Shown here one piece after another: positions 60,142-64,000 of a stretch of 64,000 nucleotides of DNA (position 1 is its first letter; each line of letters opens with the position of its first letter). Source of the stretch: Pelomyxa schiedti. Lineage: Eukaryota > Protista > Evosea. The translations under genes were made by a program, and so were the position numbers. The DNA lies in contig JAHLWZ010000222.1 in assembly GCA_020536535.1 (NCBI GenBank), positions 62,001 through 126,000 on the forward strand. Direction: 5' to 3'. A model generated the notes under the pieces. The model saw nothing but the letters and a program-made list of their open reading frames with translations, searched no databases and was not told where the DNA came from.

Positions 60142-63011
60142 TTAATCTACAAACGAGAAAGGTCCGCATATATTCACAGTAAGTCTGATGTCACAGACCC
60201 CAGATCTGTACCAAAGTGTTGCAAGTAACTCCTGGTCGCTTGGAATCCTATTCTGGTACAACTTCACTGGTGTCCCATTATAGTATGACGTCATTTCAAT
60301 TTCATCAGAGTTAATACGACCCCAGGAACAACCTATGAAATCACCCTTCTTCCACTTTCTCATCACATCTTAAACAGGAGTGGTCAGGGGATTGTGAGAA
60401 ATAAAAGGAGAAGAACTCTACCATCTCCAGTCCAACATATGCTTGTGTGGCTCCCGTTTGGTGAAGAAAACCCCATTGCAATTGTATAATCGGATTCAGA
60501 CAACTCGTCAATGTGAATCTGGATCCAATTAAAGGTTGTTAAATTATGGGTAAGTTGTTACTTCAAATTTTGTAACTTGCCGACTTGGAAGGGCCAATCC
60601 TTCTATGGGTTTATGACGTGCCTGAAGACATTAGTGGCAGCCAAAGAGAACAAAGTTTACCTGAAGCACTTCTATTGAAGGGAAAGGAACCACCAGACTG
60701 CGAGGTACACTAAGTACATCGTGTGAAACATACTGGTCAGAAAAAAAAGGAGGATGTGCCACAGTTCCTCTTCCCCGCTTTACTTGTGTTAAGGAAAAAA
60801 AAATGATGAAGTTTCAAGTACCTGAAAGAACCAGCCCAGCTCTCTCTTAGCTCTTTCTGCGGGATATGGTGTGGCACCCTTTCCCAAACAATCGCATTCG
60901 CAGTGAAACTCACACTTTCCCTCATAGACAACATTCTCACTGCAGACTCCTGCGCATATGATACACATTCGGGTTCCCTTTTCACTAATGAACATGTGCT
61001 GCAGTGTGTCACGTGCATCTGTGGAGAATCTTGTGCACTTGTAGCAATGGTTGGTGGCGCCGCAGTCACAAAATGAACTCGACAAGCCAAGCTCAACGGT
61101 TCGGTGTCCGGCGTGGCACCGTTCCTTACATGCAAAGCAACAACCATAAGCAGTATATGCGGGACCCCAGCAAGTTATACAACTAAACCAAGGTTGCTGA
61201 ACAAAGTCCTTTGCCTTGAACGTGCAATGCAGGGTTTGAGAATATAACTCACACACGGTGTGTATATCCCCAGGGCTTAAACACTTTCGTTGGCCAATCT
61301 CGACTCCACCTGGAATTGGTTCCAGTGTTGGCTTTGAAGAAGTACTGAAAGCATTACGCGGGTAGTGCATTATGGAACCGAAGTCATATGAGCCAACTGC
61401 CTCCTTTTCATTCACTGACTTGTCAAAGTCCCCAAGATTTGACTTGTCTATGAATTCATAGTTCACATTCACGTATTTATCTCTATCATAGCGGCAGTGT
61501 GTGTGATCCAAGCCCAGTGTATGAAGCAGTTCGTGGATGATGTTCCCAACTGTTACATTATTGTGGAGGGCCACCCGTTGTATAGGAGTGGGTGCTTTCC
61601 CTGTTTGACTCCAGGGGCCAGCTTTATCATGAAGAATAATGACACAGTTGGGTGATTCATCACTCGCAAGAACAAACCTCACTGGACAGACTTCTTGAAT
61701 ACTTACTATTGCTTGGTTTATTTTTTGCAGTAGACCCATTCCCACTGGAGCTTGGTCAAGAATACGTTTTAAACCAGCCTTCTTGTTTTTTGCATAAGCC
61801 AGATCGTAGAGCAATATCGTACTACGCAATTCTACCATATGGTATTGGCTAATATTTGGGAAAATCCTATAAGGAACTATACCCCCTTCCCATTTTTCAC
61901 CAAGCAACCTCGAACCAGCAGCGTATGTCAAAGTTGGATCCGATGCCCCTCCGTCATGTCTCAGTAGGGGAATGAAGATGTCGTGATGATATATTGTGAG
62001 GCACCGATCTGGATTGTCTATACACTGGAATAGATTTATGGAGGCTGTTGATCCATCTCTAAATTCGATCTGAGGGGCGGCAAACGCATCTCCTCTTACC
62101 GGGGAAAGAATCTCATGTGCAGAGCTTCCACAGCAATGCTGCAGAGATTTCAACTTATGAACGTTTTGTAAGTATTTTGGAATACTCTTATCTTCTTGCT
62201 TACTGCTTTCCATAGAGTTGTTCGGATTTGAAAAGAGTTTTGATAGAAAGTCCCCGCACACTCGGCACTGGTCAGGTGTGGCTCCGTCAGAAGACAATGA
62301 CATAGCAATCCCTCTTGGGCCTACAATGAGCTCATCACACAATTCCCACTCAGACCGAAGCTTATTTTGTGTCTGAGGCGGGAGTATCACAGATATTTCA
62401 TAGTGGGGATCTTCCACAAAGATAAGTATCACGACTGAGATGACCTGAATCAACTTCCAGTACAGCGGAAATAGGTGCAACAAGTTTTTATTCCAGTGGT
62501 CTGAGGATACACTGGACTCTGGGTGCGAGCACACAAGGGCAGATACTTGGTACTCTCCTTCCGCAACCACCAGAGAACCTGCCTCCCCGTCGCTCGTCGG
62601 CCTTACGGACTTCACAACCAGCGATCCAATATCCAAGTGCCTCTGCAGAGCCACAACGTTGAACAGAGCGAACACTTTCGGCAGGGCCACCTCCTCGTTC
62701 ACGCCCTCGCACGTGACCACCAGCGTCTTGAGCGGAGCCACCGCCCTCTTGACTTTCCTCCCCCTGCCTGCATTTGCCCACGGCATTGCCCACCCACTGG
62801 CCGCCTTCCCTGGTGCGCCATCTTTAGTACCACCACCACCACCACCACCACCACCAGTGCAGCTGCTGGGGCCTATCTGGTCATGGTCACCACTTGTGAA
62901 CCCCTCATCATCACACAGCCTCCTTCTGAACTCTTCACTGCTGCAGTTCACAGTCTCTGCACCCAGTACCGGCGAATTCGCAAGCGACGACGATTGGGGG
63001 GTGTTCCCCAT
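60142..63011 (-). CDS. Astacin (M12A) metalloprotease - UBR-box - degenerate UBR-box - SPRY fusion, no signal peptide
   Basis: Astacin: HELLHTLGLDH..R.DRD, YDFGSIMHY, IGQR..LS.GDI. UBR box: CTF...QPWFSCITC...CC.AC...CHAGH......FCDCG. Spliced SPRY: LQA..PI...FEIHI...IAMGF...GDFIGC...YYNG...VNICGPF. Confidence 0.85.
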
Positions 63012-63360
63012 CAAAGTTTTTTTTGTTGTTTTTCTTTTGTGTTTTGTTTTTTTTGAGGTCTTCCTGTTTCTTTGTTCCTGTTCACCTCCACTTGGTTTTT
63101 TGAGAGGGGGTGTATCGCCGTAAACCCCATTCCAAGAACCCCTTGATTTTCTTTCTAGATGTGGCCCTAGTTTCCATCACCCCACAACCGGGGTTCAGAT
63201 TGGGGAAGAAAGTCAGATATTTATTGACGGTGGACGTGTGGGTTGTGCTCGTTTGACACCATTCCCCGGATGAGAGGCTCGGACTGATGCTAAGTTGGTT
63301 TTCCAAATAGATTTCGAAACGAAAACTTTTGTTTGTGCCCCAAGCAGTCAGAGGGGTCAG

Positions 63361-64000
63361 ATGATGACCGAGTGCGAGGCGTCCGTACCGGGTCCGCACG
63401 TAGGGACCGAGAGATTTGGCTACTTTGTCGACGATGCCACTCTGGGCATGCTTTTTCCGGCCGACGGTTCCAGAGTTCATACTTACTCCAGCATCGCGGC
63501 CGTGGTTAGAAATCGCTCAGCATCTGCCATTTTCGTAACTGTTACGTCTGTTGTTTCCAGCAAGGTTTCGTTCATTTCCAATCGAATCGAGCGCGACGGC
63601 CCAGTTACGCAATCCAATTTGACGAATAGCTAGTTATTCCACTCCAGCGGCTCATCCATTGCGCCTGGGGAAAGATTTGAGTTGGCAGCGATAAATGAAA
63701 AATTCCTAATACCGTCTCCCATTAAGCTACTTGCTAACGCTCTGTGGATGGGGCGGGATTGTGAAGTAGAAGTTGTCGTACGAGGGAACTTTCATGATGT
63801 CACCCTGCGACTTCAGTCGTATGATTCGAAACTTACACTTCATGTTTTGTCTAACAACCTCTTATTTACAAGAGGTTTTGGAGGGCACGTGATGATTGAC
63901 ACAAAAGGGATAGCTGACAATCCTCCAATAGTGCGAGGTACGTGGACACACGGCGGTGTTACCGTTCAGTCGTTTTCCAACAATGGGCACCAGCTAACTG
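63361..64000 (+). CDS. Hypothetical protein, 5' part (runs off window end)
   Basis: ATG at 63361 and open exons separated by GT-AG introns; no recognised motif. Confidence 0.4.

Overview
Gene-dense eukaryotic nuclear DNA with many short (about 40-70 nt) GT-AG introns, degenerate donors and poly-A/T tracts, so the ORF track fragments almost every gene. Gene models below were spliced by eye and their ends are approximate. CudA-like and ABP34-like genes point to Amoebozoa, possibly an archamoeba such as Pelomyxa (inference). About 31 loci are visible. Standard genes include a partial Rab, kinesin, ZNF207/BuGZ, SFT2, RNF10, ABHD13, acyl-CoA synthetase, PARG, histidine ammonia-lyase and RBBP9. Three genes are decayed (glyoxalase II, ClpB/Hsp104, spinster-like MFS). 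Three proteins have unusual architectures: (1) a VIT-vWA (vWA5A-like) protein carrying an AGC pseudokinase whose intact activation segment TFCGTPEYLAPE has moved into the N-lobe, with two AGC hydrophobic motifs placed upstream of the kinase; (2) an ~1000-aa pseudo-RhoGAP/SH3/Pro-rich/Ras-CaaX fusion; (3) an astacin protease without a signal peptide, fused to UBR-box zinc fingers and a SPRY domain. At DNA level there is a perfect 95-bp exon/intron segment shared by two convergent genes, and a 123-bp foldback MITE-like insertion with a 3-bp target-site duplication. No rRNA, tRNA or CRISPR array could be supported.
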